The notes: generated from the sequence alone by a model not told the origin. A stretch of DNA of 64,000 bases from Patescibacteria group bacterium (GCA_025999275.1 AP024680.1:492522-556521), one strand, 5' to 3'; counted from the stretch's first letter, positions 46,801-56,694 are shown. Numbers and translations are program-made.

Positions 46801-47287
46801 CTTGAGAGAAGTTACCTTAGCGGGTGTTATTAGAGAAATAAGGGTTATATTTACTAAAAAGGATTTGAAAGAAATGGCATTTGTAAAAATAGAAGATCCA
46901 ACTGGTATGGTTGATTTAGTTGTCTTTCCAAAAATTTATGAAAATATAAAAAATCTTCTCTCTGAAGACAAACCTTTAGTGGTAGTTGGTTCTATTGACC
47001 GTAGAGAAGATTCTGTAACCGTTATTGTGAAATCGGTAATAACTGATTTGGAAGATAATGAAAACAAGAACGCTGGGGAAGTGATGATAGAAATACCAAA
47101 AGGAATAACCAAAGAACAACTTCTAGAGTTAAAAGATTTTTTTCTTGAGATTCCTGGAAAACATAAAGTCTTTTTAGTTTTTTCCGAGAATAATCAGAAA
47201 GTAGAAACTCAGACAAGAATAAGTTGGAATCAAGATATTGCTAAAAAGATAGCTAGCATTCTTTCACCTGGTAGATCTTATCATTGA
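43802..47287 (+). CDS. dnaE: DNA polymerase III alpha subunit
   Basis: N-terminal PHP 'FVHLHVHTEYSLLDG', polymerase core, and a C-terminal OB-fold. The track ORF begins at 43781, but the ATG at 43802 matches DnaE N-termini. Confidence 0.9.
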   Translation: MKDNKFVHLHVHTEYSLLDGLSRIKDLVVTVKDLGMDSVAITDHGVLYGVVEFYKKAKEMEVKPIIGMEAYIADSLKKQEKGQTYHLLVLAKDKKGYQNLMELSSIAHIEGFYYKPRIDKEILRTHREGLIVASGCMQGEISSLLRDGDYDKAKKAAGWYLDVFGDDYYLEIQRHNFLDYLELTSDNEIKSNIRQSAEDEEKVNNGLIKLSRDLGIPLIATNDVHYIRKEDAIAQDALVCISTGKTVGDKKRLRYVDTPDFYLKSKEEMYKNFSDIPDAIENTVKVAEKCNVEIEIGKWYFPKFPLPEGLTAEEQLRKFCYERVEDRVGNVDEKVKERLEYELNIINQKGYAPYFLIVADMVNWANERGIVTNTRGSAAGSLVSYVLGITTVNPLRYYLPFERFLNPYRPSPPDIDFDVADNRREEVIDYIVQKYGREKVAQICTFGRMLSRAAVRDIARVLGYPYSVGDKIAKLIPFPKQGFPVTIKSALEQVPELKEIYDKEQDAKKIIDLAMQIEGNARHISVHAAGVVVAPTKLTEFTPIQKEPSGEKIITQYEMHACEDVGLIKFDILGIRNLSILGAAVDILKKEGITVDLKKIPLDDKKTFEMLSRGETMGVFQLSSSGMTKYLKELKPTCVEDLMAMVALYRPGPIAVIPEYIKRKRNPKLVKVIDKRVEKYLEASYGLIVYQDDLLFCAIELAGYNWEEADKFRKAVGKKIPEEMAAQKEKFIQGVVKNGRSKEFAENLWKLFEPFQSYGFNKAHAASYGMVAYQTAYMKANYPVEYMTALLTAESGDKEKVSAAVNECRRMKIKVLPPDINESNKDFTIVKDESSLNGKAIRFGLGAIKNVGEAAIGAIISEREKGGAFPSYIDFVSRVDSRKVNKKVLESLIKAGAMSSFGSRTFLLANMDNLREKVVKKSGDENQPALFSDSEIKTTTSSINFGEEMLKEEFSNEEIESFEKQLLGFSLSSKPIDEILGGVETLATHKIDEIWDENLDLREVTLAGVIREIRVIFTKKDLKEMAFVKIEDPTGMVDLVVFPKIYENIKNLLSEDKPLVVVGSIDRREDSVTVIVKSVITDLEDNENKNAGEVMIEIPKGITKEQLLELKDFFLEIPGKHKVFLVFSENNQKVETQTRISWNQDIAKKIASILSPGRSYH

Positions 47288-47336
47288 TAATTGCTAAAGT
47301 TAATGAATTAATATAAAATACATTCGTTTAATAATT

Positions 47337-47687
47337 ATGGCTATTAGGTTGAAATTCAAAGACAGTGAATTTGGTGTTGGCGATACCGTTAGGGTTGTTC
47401 AGCGCATAAAAGAAGGGGATAAAGAGAGGAACCAGTATTTTGATGGCATTGTAATTGCTATTAAGGGTAAAGGTTCTGGAAAAGTTTTTGTGGTTAGAAA
47501 AATTGGTGTTCAACAAATAGGAATAGAAAAAATCTTTCCAGTAGAAAATCCTTCTATAAAAGAAGTAAAAGTGCTAAAAAGAGGAACAGCTGGAGTGAGA
47601 AAAGCTAAGCTTTATTATATTCGAGGTAAATCCAGAAAAGAAATTAGTCGTATTTACCAAAAAGCTTCATTGAAAGAAAACAAGTGA
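47337..47687 (+). CDS. rplS: 50S ribosomal protein L19
   Basis: '[33 protein letters not shown]...[10 protein letters not shown]' is the L19 pattern. Confidence 0.85.
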   Translation: MAIRLKFKDSEFGVGDTVRVVQRIKEGDKERNQYFDGIVIAIKGKGSGKVFVVRKIGVQQIGIEKIFPVENPSIKEVKVLKRGTAGVRKAKLYYIRGKSRKEISRIYQKASLKENK

Positions 47688-48037
47688 ATGACAGAAGAAA
47701 GGGGTTAGGAAAACTGGGCGAGGATGCTGCTTGTTTTATTCTCCAGAAACAAGGTTATAAAATCTTAGCTAGAAATTATCATAGTTTTCTTGGTGAGATA
47801 GACATAATTGCCCTGGATAAAGATACTTTAGTTTTTGTGGAAGTAAAATTGCGCACTACCTCTAAATTTGGTTTGCCCGAAGAAGCAGTAGACAAAAGAA
47901 AGATTGATAAGATTAAAAATGTTGGGTTTAAGTTTTGGCAAGAAAAATGCCCAAACATAAAAAAGGCAAGAATAGATGTTGTTTCTCTTAAATTTCAAGA
48001 AGGCAAAATCGAAAGTAGGGTTATTAAATCAGTTTAA
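47684..48037 (+). CDS. YraN/UPF0102 family endonuclease-like protein
   Basis: '[45 protein letters not shown]' matches the YraN pattern. GTG start overlapping the rplS stop. Confidence 0.7.
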   Translation: MNDRRKGLGKLGEDAACFILQKQGYKILARNYHSFLGEIDIIALDKDTLVFVEVKLRTTSKFGLPEEAVDKRKIDKIKNVGFKFWQEKCPNIKKARIDVVSLKFQEGKIESRVIKSV

Positions 48038-48082
48038 TTTTGCCACTTGCTTATTTTTTTATTAGTACTTATTATTTAATAT

Positions 48083-48748
48083 ATGGCTGTTAAGAAAGCA
48101 AAAGCCGAAGAGAAAAAAGAAACCGAAGCCAAAAAAACAGAACAGGTTGTCAATAAAAGAAAGCCTTCTAAAAAATATGGATTAGTTATTTTCATTTTAC
48201 TTATTCTTTTTATTGTTGGCTTGTGGATTTACCTTCATTTGGGATGGTTTGTGGTTGCTTCTGTTAACGGAAAATTAATTTGGAGAACAGATTTAATTAG
48301 AGAACTAGAGAAGCAAAGTGGTAAGCAGATGGTTGACTTTTTAGTTAACCGCTCTCTAATTTATCAAGAAGCAGCCAAGAAAAATGTAAATGTAACTGAA
48401 GAGGAGATAAAAGCAGAGCTTGATAAGTATGATCAGCAATTGAAAGCTCAAGGAAGTTCGCTAGCCGATGCTTTATCTCTCCAGGGTTTAAACGAAGATA
48501 GTTTTAAAGATGAGTTAAAGTATGAACTAACTGTAAGAAAGCTTTTAGCAGACAAAATAAATGTTACGGATGAGGAAATAAAACAATATTATGAACAAAA
48601 CAAAAGTCAGTTTGGAAAAGATCAAACTCTAGAAGGTCTTAAGGATACAATAAAGCAGTTACTTTCTAATCAAAAATTATCTCTTAATTACTCAAGTTTT
48701 ATTCAGGATCTAAAATCTGCAGCAAAACTTAGGTATTTCTCAAATTAG
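48083..48748 (+). CDS. Membrane-anchored SurA-N/trigger-factor-like chaperone domain protein
   Basis: Lys-rich N-terminus, a single TM, then a SurA_N-like helical domain ('NGKLIWRTDLIRELEKQSGKQMVDFLVNRSLIYQEA'). Weak assignment. Confidence 0.35.
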   Translation: MAVKKAKAEEKKETEAKKTEQVVNKRKPSKKYGLVIFILLILFIVGLWIYLHLGWFVVASVNGKLIWRTDLIRELEKQSGKQMVDFLVNRSLIYQEAAKKNVNVTEEEIKAELDKYDQQLKAQGSSLADALSLQGLNEDSFKDELKYELTVRKLLADKINVTDEEIKQYYEQNKSQFGKDQTLEGLKDTIKQLLSNQKLSLNYSSFIQDLKSAAKLRYFSN

Positions 48749-48824
48749 CTTAATACTTCTGATTTTAAAAATTAAATAAATTGCTTTGATATGGCTTTAA
48801 CTGTTTTTTATACTATAATTACTT

Positions 48825-49340
48825 ATGCTTGTTTTAGGTATTGATCCGGGAACGGCAACAACAGGATTCGGATTAATAAAAGATAAAGACGGCGTCATGG
48901 AAGTTGTTAACTGGGGATTAATTGAGACAGATAAAGAAAGTCTTTTAGGAAAAAGATTTATAAATATTTATTCCCAGGTTTCAAAACTTATCAAAGAATT
49001 CAAGCCTGATGTAGTAGCAATGGAAAAAATTTTTTTTGCTACCAATGCCAAGACTGCTATTTCTGTTGGTCAAGCACAAGGTGTAATGATCTACTGTTTC
49101 GCCAAATCTAATCTAGAAGTTTTTGAATATGCACCAGGAACTATCAAGAAGGTAGTTGCTGGTGATGGTAAAGCTAAGAAAAAGGATATCCAAAGATCAC
49201 TAAGAACAATATTTGGTTCTAAGATCAGAAGTGCCAAAAAGAAAAAAAGTCACTTTGACGATTCTGCAGATGCTCTGGCTGTGGCATTATGTCATATTTT
49301 GTCTTCAAAATATAAGAAAGGGGGTGAAAAAAATGTTTAA
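48825..49340 (+). CDS. ruvC: Crossover junction endodeoxyribonuclease RuvC
   Basis: 'LVLGIDPGTATTGFGLI' and catalytic acidic residues ('AMEKIFF', 'DDSADALA'). Confidence 0.85.
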   Translation: MLVLGIDPGTATTGFGLIKDKDGVMEVVNWGLIETDKESLLGKRFINIYSQVSKLIKEFKPDVVAMEKIFFATNAKTAISVGQAQGVMIYCFAKSNLEVFEYAPGTIKKVVAGDGKAKKKDIQRSLRTIFGSKIRSAKKKKSHFDDSADALAVALCHILSSKYKKGGEKNV

Positions 49341-49578
49341 GGTAGGAAAAGTTACTCATTATTATGACAAAATAGGAGTGGCTGTTGTAGAGCTTACAGG
49401 AGATTTGGCAGTAGGTGATAAGATAAAATTTGTGCGAGGTGGTGAAGATCTATTCGAACAGACAGTAGAATCAATACAGGTGGAGCACAATAAAATAGAT
49501 GCCGCTAAAAAGGGTGAAACTGTTGGATTGAAAGTAGATCAGCCACTTAAGGAGGGTACAGAAATCTATAAACTTTAG
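49333..49578 (+). CDS. Small beta-barrel protein (EF-Tu domain-2-like fold family)
   Basis: 81 aa 'MFKVGKVTHYYDKIGVAVVELTGDLAVGDKIKF...'. SD 'GGGGGTGAAAAA' precedes the ATG at 49333. The track ORF (49213) carries an N-terminal extension overlapping ruvC. Confidence 0.4.
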   Translation: MFKVGKVTHYYDKIGVAVVELTGDLAVGDKIKFVRGGEDLFEQTVESIQVEHNKIDAAKKGETVGLKVDQPLKEGTEIYKL

Positions 49579-49601
49579 TTTTTTACCTGCCTTATTTTAT
49601 A

Positions 49602-50030
49602 GTGATCAAGAAAAGGACTAGTGGTATTTTTTGGGAAGATGCCACCGATGTTAAAAGAAAAATAGAAATGATCAAAGAAGGCGGCGAGTTTTCTTGGCTT
49701 GATTTGGAAGCTATAACTTGTTTACGTTCTTATGGTTCTAAATCAAGAGCAATTGCTAGAATTTGGGGGTTACCAAAGCTGTGGCAAAAAGTCTTGAAGT
49801 TAAAGCCGCATTATGTCATTGAGGTAGTTTCCGAAAAATATGACAAATTAAATAACCAACAAAAAGAGGATGTCCTTTTGCACGAGATTGCTCATATTCC
49901 CAAAAACTTTTCTGGTTCCTTAGTGCCTCATTATCGTAAGGGAAGAAGGAAGTTTAAAGATTTGGTTAAAAATTTAAAATTAAGGTATCATTTGGATTAT
50001 GGAAATAATAGTTCTTCAAGGAGAAGATAA
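49602..50030 (+). CDS. Hypothetical protein with HExxH-like motif ('LLHEIAHI'), putative minimal zinc metallopeptidase
   Basis: Single HExxH motif, 142 aa, basic C-terminus. No further family assignment is possible by eye. Confidence 0.3.
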   Translation: MIKKRTSGIFWEDATDVKRKIEMIKEGGEFSWLDLEAITCLRSYGSKSRAIARIWGLPKLWQKVLKLKPHYVIEVVSEKYDKLNNQQKEDVLLHEIAHIPKNFSGSLVPHYRKGRRKFKDLVKNLKLRYHLDYGNNSSSRRR

Positions 50031-50673
50031 GTTAGCTTTAGAAAAGCGATTGTCTGTTTTTATTGCGGAGGCAAGAAAAAGAAAGTGGGGAGTTAACAGA
50101 ATCTCAGCTGGTGAAGCTGCCTTAGAAAAAATTTTTCTTTCTGATCTTTTCACCCCTAAGAACCTTTTTATAATTGATGATTATAAAAGTCTTAGTAATA
50201 AAGATGTTAAGCATTTATTAAAAAAAAATGACAACCTAGAAGGGGTTTTAGTTATTTGTTCTTCTGGAGATTCAATTCCCACCAGTTTTCTTAAAAATTT
50301 ACCCAAAATCAAAAAAATTGAGAATTTCAATTATCCAAAGATTATTTTCCAGTTTTTGGATTCGATTTATCCAAAAAATGCTAAGAATAGCTTAGCACTT
50401 TTGCATCAGGTTCTATACAGAGAACCACCAGAATTAGTTTTTCACCTTATTGCGGTTAGATTGCGAGATATTTACTGGAGCAAAGTTGATCCCTCTACTT
50501 TGCCTTATTCTTCCTGGCAAGTTGAGAGGATAGAAAGACAAGCTGCTAAATTCGATTTAGAAAAAGTTAAAGATCTTATTAATGAGTTAGCAAAATATGA
50601 TGTTGAGGCCAAAAGGTCGTCACTAGGTTTAACATTTTATCTTGACCTTTTAATCACTAAACATATAAAATGA
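49999..50673 (+). CDS. Possible DNA polymerase III delta subunit-like protein (short HolA-like)
   Basis: N-terminal 'IIVLQGEDKLALEKRL' resembles HolA, but it is only 224 aa. Tentative. Confidence 0.35.
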   Translation: MEIIVLQGEDKLALEKRLSVFIAEARKRKWGVNRISAGEAALEKIFLSDLFTPKNLFIIDDYKSLSNKDVKHLLKKNDNLEGVLVICSSGDSIPTSFLKNLPKIKKIENFNYPKIIFQFLDSIYPKNAKNSLALLHQVLYREPPELVFHLIAVRLRDIYWSKVDPSTLPYSSWQVERIERQAAKFDLEKVKDLINELAKYDVEAKRSSLGLTFYLDLLITKHIK

Positions 50674-50676
50674 ATT

Positions 50677-52017
50677 ATGTCAGTTGCCTCATTGTTTGGG
50701 ACAAGTGGGATTAGAGGAGACGCCGAAAAACTTTTTACAAACCAATTTTGCTTTGATCTAGGTAGATCGTTTGCAATATTTCTAAGCAACCGCAAACAAG
50801 ATGGCATGATTGCTGTGGGAATGGACCCACGTGTTTCAAGTCCAAGGATAAAAAAATACTTAATTTCTGGGTTAATCTTTGAGGGTAGGCAAGTATGTGA
50901 CGAGGGTGTGGTACCTGTTCCTTCCCTAAACTATATTCTTAAATCTTCATCCGCTTATGCCGGTAGCCTAATGGTGTCGGGCAGCCATATTAAGCCTGAA
51001 TTAAACGGAGTAAAATTTTTTGCATTTGGTGAAGAGATATTAAAAGAACATGAGAAACAGATAGAAGAGATATATCTTTCTATTAAAGAAAAGGTTGCTG
51101 GTGGTGATTTTGATTCAAAACAGGTAATTTATGAAGAAAAAGCAAAAGAAGAGTACATAAACTACCTCATAAGTAAAGCGGATCTACCTTTTCCCAATTG
51201 GAAAGTGGTAGTAGATGCTGGAAATGGAACTCAATCTGAGGTTATGCCTTATGTATTAAAAAACCTTGGATTTGAAGTAATTGAATTAAACACCTCAGTT
51301 CAGGAAAACTTCTTGTCCCGCGATACTGAAGTGGAAGGTGATTTCAAGGATCTCCAAAAGAAAGTAAAAGAGCAAAAAGCCGATTTTGGAGTTGGATATG
51401 ATTCTGATGGAGATAGATGTGTCTTTGTTGATGAAAAGGGTAATTTCATTCCTGGAGATTATAGTGGTACTTTAATTGCTAGAAAAATAGCTCAAGACTC
51501 AGTTGTAACACCAATTAATACGTCTCAGATAGTGGAGAAGGTTTGCAAAAAAGTTTATAGGACTAAAGTTGGATCTCCTTATGTTGTTGCTAAAATGAAA
51601 GAAACTGGCAGTAATTTTGGCTTTGAAGCTAATGGTGGGGGAATTTTTTCAGAAATGCATAGTCGTGATGGTGGTAGATCTACAATTGAAATTTTAAATA
51701 TTCTAAAAGAGTCTAAGAAAACACTCTCGAATTTAATTTTGGAACTTCCACGATATTTTATAGCCAGAGACAAAGTTGAATATGACTGGAGCTTAAAAGA
51801 TGAAATTATTAATCAAGCCAAAGACACATTTAAGGGTATAAAAGTTGATGAAACAGATGGCTTAAAAATTTGGATTGATGATGAAAATTGGATTTTGTTT
51901 AGAAGTTCTCAAAATGCACCAGAATTTAGAGTTTTTGTTGAATCGCCATCTTTGACTAAAGCTCAAAGCTTGCTTTTTGAAGGAATTAACCTGGTTAAAA
52001 AGATAGTGGAAAAATGA
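50677..52017 (+). CDS. Phosphohexomutase (phosphoglucosamine/phosphomanno/phosphogluco-mutase family)
   Basis: 'LFGTSGIRGD' N-terminus and phosphoserine loop 'SGSHIKPELNGVKF' (archaeal-like variant of TASHNP). Metal-binding 'GYDSDGDR'. Confidence 0.6.
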   Translation: MSVASLFGTSGIRGDAEKLFTNQFCFDLGRSFAIFLSNRKQDGMIAVGMDPRVSSPRIKKYLISGLIFEGRQVCDEGVVPVPSLNYILKSSSAYAGSLMVSGSHIKPELNGVKFFAFGEEILKEHEKQIEEIYLSIKEKVAGGDFDSKQVIYEEKAKEEYINYLISKADLPFPNWKVVVDAGNGTQSEVMPYVLKNLGFEVIELNTSVQENFLSRDTEVEGDFKDLQKKVKEQKADFGVGYDSDGDRCVFVDEKGNFIPGDYSGTLIARKIAQDSVVTPINTSQIVEKVCKKVYRTKVGSPYVVAKMKETGSNFGFEANGGGIFSEMHSRDGGRSTIEILNILKESKKTLSNLILELPRYFIARDKVEYDWSLKDEIINQAKDTFKGIKVDETDGLKIWIDDENWILFRSSQNAPEFRVFVESPSLTKAQSLLFEGINLVKKIVEK

Positions 52018-53084
52018 AAGATTTAGATAATACAGAAAAATTTTTAGATTTTGATAAGAATAAAGTTTATGACTCCATTTGTTCATTTGCCGGCCAAGTA
52101 AAGCAAGCTTACGAGGAAATTAAAAACATAAAAGTACCCAAAAGTTATCTTAATGCTAAGAATATTGTTATTGCTGGTATGGGGGGTTCAGCACTTGGAG
52201 GAAGAGTGGTTGATTCGCTAATTCCTCAAAGAGTTAGGGTTCCTGTTGAAGTCTTTACAGAATTCTACATCCCAAATTATGTAAACAAAGATTCTTTAGT
52301 AATCATATCTTCTTATTCCGGTAGCACACAGGAAACTTTGAGAGACATTAACGAAGCAATCAAAAGACAAGCTAAAATATTTGTTATAACCACAGGAGGA
52401 GAATTGGAAGAAATAGCAACCAAAGAAAATATTCCCTCATATATTTTTAATCCAATTAACAATCCCTCTGGACAGCCAAGACTAGCATTAGGTTATTCAG
52501 TGACTGCCATAATGGCATTTTTATCAAAATGTGATTATATTCATTTATCAGACGAGGAAATAAGTGAAGTAGTTTCATTCATTGAGAATTTAATTAAGGA
52601 TTATTCTCGAGAAAAAGCAGACCACGAAAACCTTGCTAAAAAATTAGCAGTTGAACTTACTGGCTTTCTGCCAGTAATAGTCTCAAGCGAACATTTGATA
52701 GGCTCCTGTTATGCTTTCAAAAATCAACTTAATGAAACAGCCAAAACTTTTGCTGTTCTTTTTGATATCCCAGAACTAAATCATCATTTGCTAGAAGGTT
52801 TGAAAAATCCAACGCGACTAAGAAATATTTTAAAATTTTTGGTAGTTGAATCCAATCTTTTTTCTAGAGAAGTATCAAGGAGATACTCCGTTACCAAAGA
52901 TGTAATTTCTAAAAATGGTTATCCTGTCTTAACTTATGAAACTTTGGGTAAAAATAAAATTCTCCAAGTTTTTGAGGTAATTGTTTTATCTTATTTTGTT
53001 GCATATTATTTGGCTTTTATTTATGGTGAAGATCCAAGCAAAATTCCTTGGGTAGATTATTTTAAAGAAAAACTCCGGGAATAA
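52014..53084 (+). CDS. SIS-domain sugar isomerase, probably bifunctional phosphoglucose/phosphomannose isomerase
   Basis: Two SIS-like halves ('IAGMGGSALGG', 'ISSYSGSTQET'). Size and layout resemble archaeal-type PGI/PMI. Confidence 0.5.
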   Translation: MKDLDNTEKFLDFDKNKVYDSICSFAGQVKQAYEEIKNIKVPKSYLNAKNIVIAGMGGSALGGRVVDSLIPQRVRVPVEVFTEFYIPNYVNKDSLVIISSYSGSTQETLRDINEAIKRQAKIFVITTGGELEEIATKENIPSYIFNPINNPSGQPRLALGYSVTAIMAFLSKCDYIHLSDEEISEVVSFIENLIKDYSREKADHENLAKKLAVELTGFLPVIVSSEHLIGSCYAFKNQLNETAKTFAVLFDIPELNHHLLEGLKNPTRLRNILKFLVVESNLFSREVSRRYSVTKDVISKNGYPVLTYETLGKNKILQVFEVIVLSYFVAYYLAFIYGEDPSKIPWVDYFKEKLRE

Positions 53085-53131
53085 TAGTTCTTGCTAAAAG
53101 GCCGCTTGTTTGTCTATAATTAATTTGTTTT

Positions 53132-55396
53132 ATGACTGCCCAAAAATTAGTTTCTTTTTTTAAGGATTTAGATAAAACTAGTGTTGATTTGGTTGGGGGG
53201 AAAGGTGCCAATCTGGGTGAAATGACTAAAATTGGGTTACCTGTTCCTCCTGGTTTTGCTATTACCTCTAATGCCTACGATATTTTCTTGAAAGAAAATG
53301 ATTTAGAAAATAAGATTTACTCAATTTTATCTTCTCTTGACGTTTCTGATCCTGCACAGCTTCAGCAAGCTTCAAAAACAATTCAAAAAATGATAATCAA
53401 CTCTAATATTCCGGAGTTATTGGTTAAAGAAATAGTAGATTCCTATCTGAAACTTTCGGGTTTGCTAAAAAAAGCATTAGTTGCTGTAAGATCTTCTGCT
53501 ACAGCTGAGGACATGCCTTCCACCTCATTTGCAGGCCAGCAAGCAACACTTTTAAATATCAAGGGTGAAAACAATTTGCTTCAGGCAGTCAAGGAATGTT
53601 GGGCTTCGCTTTTTACAGCTCGTTCGATTTTTTATCGTGTTCAAAACAAAATACCTCACAAGAAGGTAAAAATTGCTGTTATTGTTCAAAAAATGATTCA
53701 ATCCGAAGTCTCAGGGGTTATGTTTACTGTTGATCCAGTAAGTGGTGAAAAAGACAGAATTATTATCGAAGCTGTTTGGGGCTTGGGAGAAATGATAGTT
53801 CAAGGATCAGTAACACCTGACCGTTATGTTGTACAAAAGGATACTTTTGATATTCTTTCAAAAGAAATTTCAGAACAACATATTCAATTGATAAGAGAAG
53901 GGGGTCAGACCAAGGAGTCTAAGGTTTCCAAAAAGAAGCAATCTTTACAAAAAATTAGTGATGAAGATATTAGATTTTTGGCAAAAATAGCCCAAAAATT
54001 GCAGGAGCACTACTATTTCCCACAAGATTCAGAGTGGGCTAAAGACAAAACCGGCATTTATATTGTTCAAACAAGGCCTATTACAACATTGGGTAAAGAA
54101 AATGAAATAAGAAAAGAGACAGAAAATGAATTTGCTAATTTGCCAGTTATTCTCTCAGGAAAGCCAGCAAGCCCAGGCATTGGAAGTGGGGAAGTAAAGT
54201 TGGTTAATAGTGCCAAACAGATAGGAAAGGTTAAAGATGGGGATGTTCTAGTATCAAAGATGACTTCTCCTGATTTTGTGCCGGCAATGAAAAAAGCTTC
54301 GGCTATTGTAACTGATGAAGGGGGAATGACTTCCCATGCGGCTATAGTCTCTCGCGAACTGGGAGTGCCTTGCGTGGTTGGGACAAGAATGGCTACCAAG
54401 AGACTTTCAGAAGGTATGATAGTTACAGTTGACGGCACAAATGGGATAATTTACCAAGGAACAAATCAGGCAAAAGTTAAGAAAATAATAACAAAACAAC
54501 CAACGCTGATTAGGAAAACTGCTACTAAACTCTACGTTAACCTGGCCGAGCCAGAAATGGCTAAAAGAGTGGCAAAAATGGATGTTGATGGAGTTGGTCT
54601 TTTAAGAGCAGAGTTTATGATGGCCAATATGAGAATTCATCCTAAAGAGGCAATCAAGCAGAAAAAACAAATAAAATATATTGATGATTTAGCATCGGGA
54701 ATTGAAACTTTTTGTAAGGCTTTCTATCCAAGACCAGTGGTCTATCGAACTACCGATTTCAAAACAAACGAATATCGAGTACTTGAAGGTGGTAAGCATT
54801 GGGAACCAGAAGAAGCAAATCCTTTACTTGGCTTTAGAGGAGCTTTACGCTACATCTCCAATCAAGAAGTTTTTACTTTGGAATTAAAAGCTTTAAAGAA
54901 AGTTCTTTCGGGTTATAATAACTTAAGGGTAATGATTCCTTTTGTTAGATCTCCTCTTGAACTTTCAAAGGTAAGAAAAATAGTTGCCTCCGAAGATTTA
55001 TTCAAGTTTTCAAGTTTTAAGTTTTGGATGATGGTAGAACTGCCTGTTAATGTGATTCTTTTGGATGATTTTATTAAAGTAGGCCTTGATGGAGTTTCTA
55101 TTGGTTCAAACGATTTAACAATGCTTTTAACAGGAACCGATAGAGATAATGCTGAAGTGGCAAATGCTTTTGATGAAAGATCACCCGCAGTTCTTTGGGC
55201 TATCAAAAAAACAATTAAGACCTGTAATAAATATGGAATTAATTCCTCAATTTGTGGCCAAGCCCCATCTATTTATGATGATTATGCTTTTAATTTGGTT
55301 AAATGGGGAATTACAAGTATTTCGGTAAATCCAGATGCTTTGGCAAGGACAAGAGAGACTATTTATCAAGCTGAAAAAGAACTACTCAGAAGGTAA
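53132..55396 (+). CDS. ppsA: Phosphoenolpyruvate synthase / pyruvate,water dikinase
   Basis: N-terminal 'VGGKGANLGEM', phosphohistidine domain 'GGMTSHAAIVSRELGVPCVVG', and a C-terminal PEP-utilising TIM-barrel ('GSNDLTMLL'). Confidence 0.8.
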   Translation: MTAQKLVSFFKDLDKTSVDLVGGKGANLGEMTKIGLPVPPGFAITSNAYDIFLKENDLENKIYSILSSLDVSDPAQLQQASKTIQKMIINSNIPELLVKEIVDSYLKLSGLLKKALVAVRSSATAEDMPSTSFAGQQATLLNIKGENNLLQAVKECWASLFTARSIFYRVQNKIPHKKVKIAVIVQKMIQSEVSGVMFTVDPVSGEKDRIIIEAVWGLGEMIVQGSVTPDRYVVQKDTFDILSKEISEQHIQLIREGGQTKESKVSKKKQSLQKISDEDIRFLAKIAQKLQEHYYFPQDSEWAKDKTGIYIVQTRPITTLGKENEIRKETENEFANLPVILSGKPASPGIGSGEVKLVNSAKQIGKVKDGDVLVSKMTSPDFVPAMKKASAIVTDEGGMTSHAAIVSRELGVPCVVGTRMATKRLSEGMIVTVDGTNGIIYQGTNQAKVKKIITKQPTLIRKTATKLYVNLAEPEMAKRVAKMDVDGVGLLRAEFMMANMRIHPKEAIKQKKQIKYIDDLASGIETFCKAFYPRPVVYRTTDFKTNEYRVLEGGKHWEPEEANPLLGFRGALRYISNQEVFTLELKALKKVLSGYNNLRVMIPFVRSPLELSKVRKIVASEDLFKFSSFKFWMMVELPVNVILLDDFIKVGLDGVSIGSNDLTMLLTGTDRDNAEVANAFDERSPAVLWAIKKTIKTCNKYGINSSICGQAPSIYDDYAFNLVKWGITSISVNPDALARTRETIYQAEKELLRR

Positions 55397-55410
55397 GTTT
55401 TACATTTACT

Positions 55411-56694
55411 ATGCCTATAATTAAAAAAATCTGGGCAAGAGAAATATTAGATTCAAGAGGCTGGCCAACTATTGAGGCGGTAGGCCAACTTGATACTGGC
55501 CAAATAGCTGTTTTTTCGGTTCCTGCGGGTGCTTCAACAGGAAGTCATGAAGCTTTGGAATTAAGAGATAGGGATGAAGAAAGATTTTATGGAAAAGGTG
55601 TCTTAAAGGCAGTAGAAAATGTTAATACTGTTTTATCACAAGCTGCAATAGGAAAAGACCCTTCAAATCAAGCTGAACTGGATCAAATTCTAATTAACCT
55701 AGATGGGACCCCGAATAAGTCCAAGTTAGGAGCAAATGCAATTCTGGCTATTTCTGGTTTAGTCTTAAGACTTGGGGCAATAGCCAATAATCTGACCCTT
55801 TATTCTTGGATATTTCTACTAATGAAAAATATGGGATTTGAAGTTACTCCAAAGATACCCACGCCTATATTTAACATAATAAATGGCGGTCTTCATGGGG
55901 CAGCCAATCTTGATTTTCAAGAGTTTCATATTGTTCCAGCTTCCAATAAAGCTTATTCTGAATCATTGAGAATGGCTGTTGAAATCTATATGGTTGCTGG
56001 AGAAAACTTAAGACAAAAAGGAGCAATTCATTCGGTTGGAGATGAAGGAGGCTATGCCCCTAATCTCTTTACAAATATGGATGCTCTAGAACTTTTAGTA
56101 GAAAGTATAAAACAAACAAATTATGGTTTGGGTAGAGATGTGTTTTTGGGTCTTGATACTGCTGCTTCAGTGTTTTACAAAAACGGTGTTTATCATATAA
56201 GAGACAAAACTTCTCCTCTTGATAAGTCTGCTATGCTTGAGTATTACAAAACACTTAATGATCAATATCATCTCACACTACTTGAAGATCCTATAGAAGA
56301 AGATGATTGGGAAGGGTGGAAAAAATTAACGGAAATGATTTCAAAAGAAACAATTATAGTGGGAGACGATCTTTTGGTAACAAATCCAGAAAGGGTGAAA
56401 AAAGCTATCTTGGAAAAGGCTTGTACTGCAGTTTTAGTTAAACCTAACCAAGTAGGAACAATTACTGAAACCTTTAATGTTATTAAGTTGGCAAAAGAGG
56501 GTGGTTTGAAGGTGGTGGTTTCTCATCGATCTGGAGAAACTAACGATTGGTTCATTGCCGATTTTGCTGTTGGAGTAGGAGCCGACTATGTTAAATTCGG
56601 AGCGCCAGCTAGAGGGGAAAGAGTAGCAAAGTACAATAGACTCTTAAGTATAGAGTCTGAAATTCTTTCTTATTTTAATAGAAATGCCTCCTAA
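55411..56694 (+). CDS. eno: Enolase
   Basis: 'IIKKIWAREILDSRGWPTIE', 'SHRSGETND' and 'KPNQVGT' are canonical enolase motifs. Confidence 0.95.
   Translation: MPIIKKIWAREILDSRGWPTIEAVGQLDTGQIAVFSVPAGASTGSHEALELRDRDEERFYGKGVLKAVENVNTVLSQAAIGKDPSNQAELDQILINLDGTPNKSKLGANAILAISGLVLRLGAIANNLTLYSWIFLLMKNMGFEVTPKIPTPIFNIINGGLHGAANLDFQEFHIVPASNKAYSESLRMAVEIYMVAGENLRQKGAIHSVGDEGGYAPNLFTNMDALELLVESIKQTNYGLGRDVFLGLDTAASVFYKNGVYHIRDKTSPLDKSAMLEYYKTLNDQYHLTLLEDPIEEDDWEGWKKLTEMISKETIIVGDDLLVTNPERVKKAILEKACTAVLVKPNQVGTITETFNVIKLAKEGGLKVVVSHRSGETNDWFIADFAVGVGADYVKFGAPARGERVAKYNRLLSIESEILSYFNRNAS

Noticed and set aside
49213-49332. N-terminal 40-codon extension of the small beta-barrel ORF overlapping ruvC
   Set aside because: The SD 'GGGGGTGAAAAA' and the ATG at 49333 give a clean start. 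The extension lies within the ruvC coding region in another frame.
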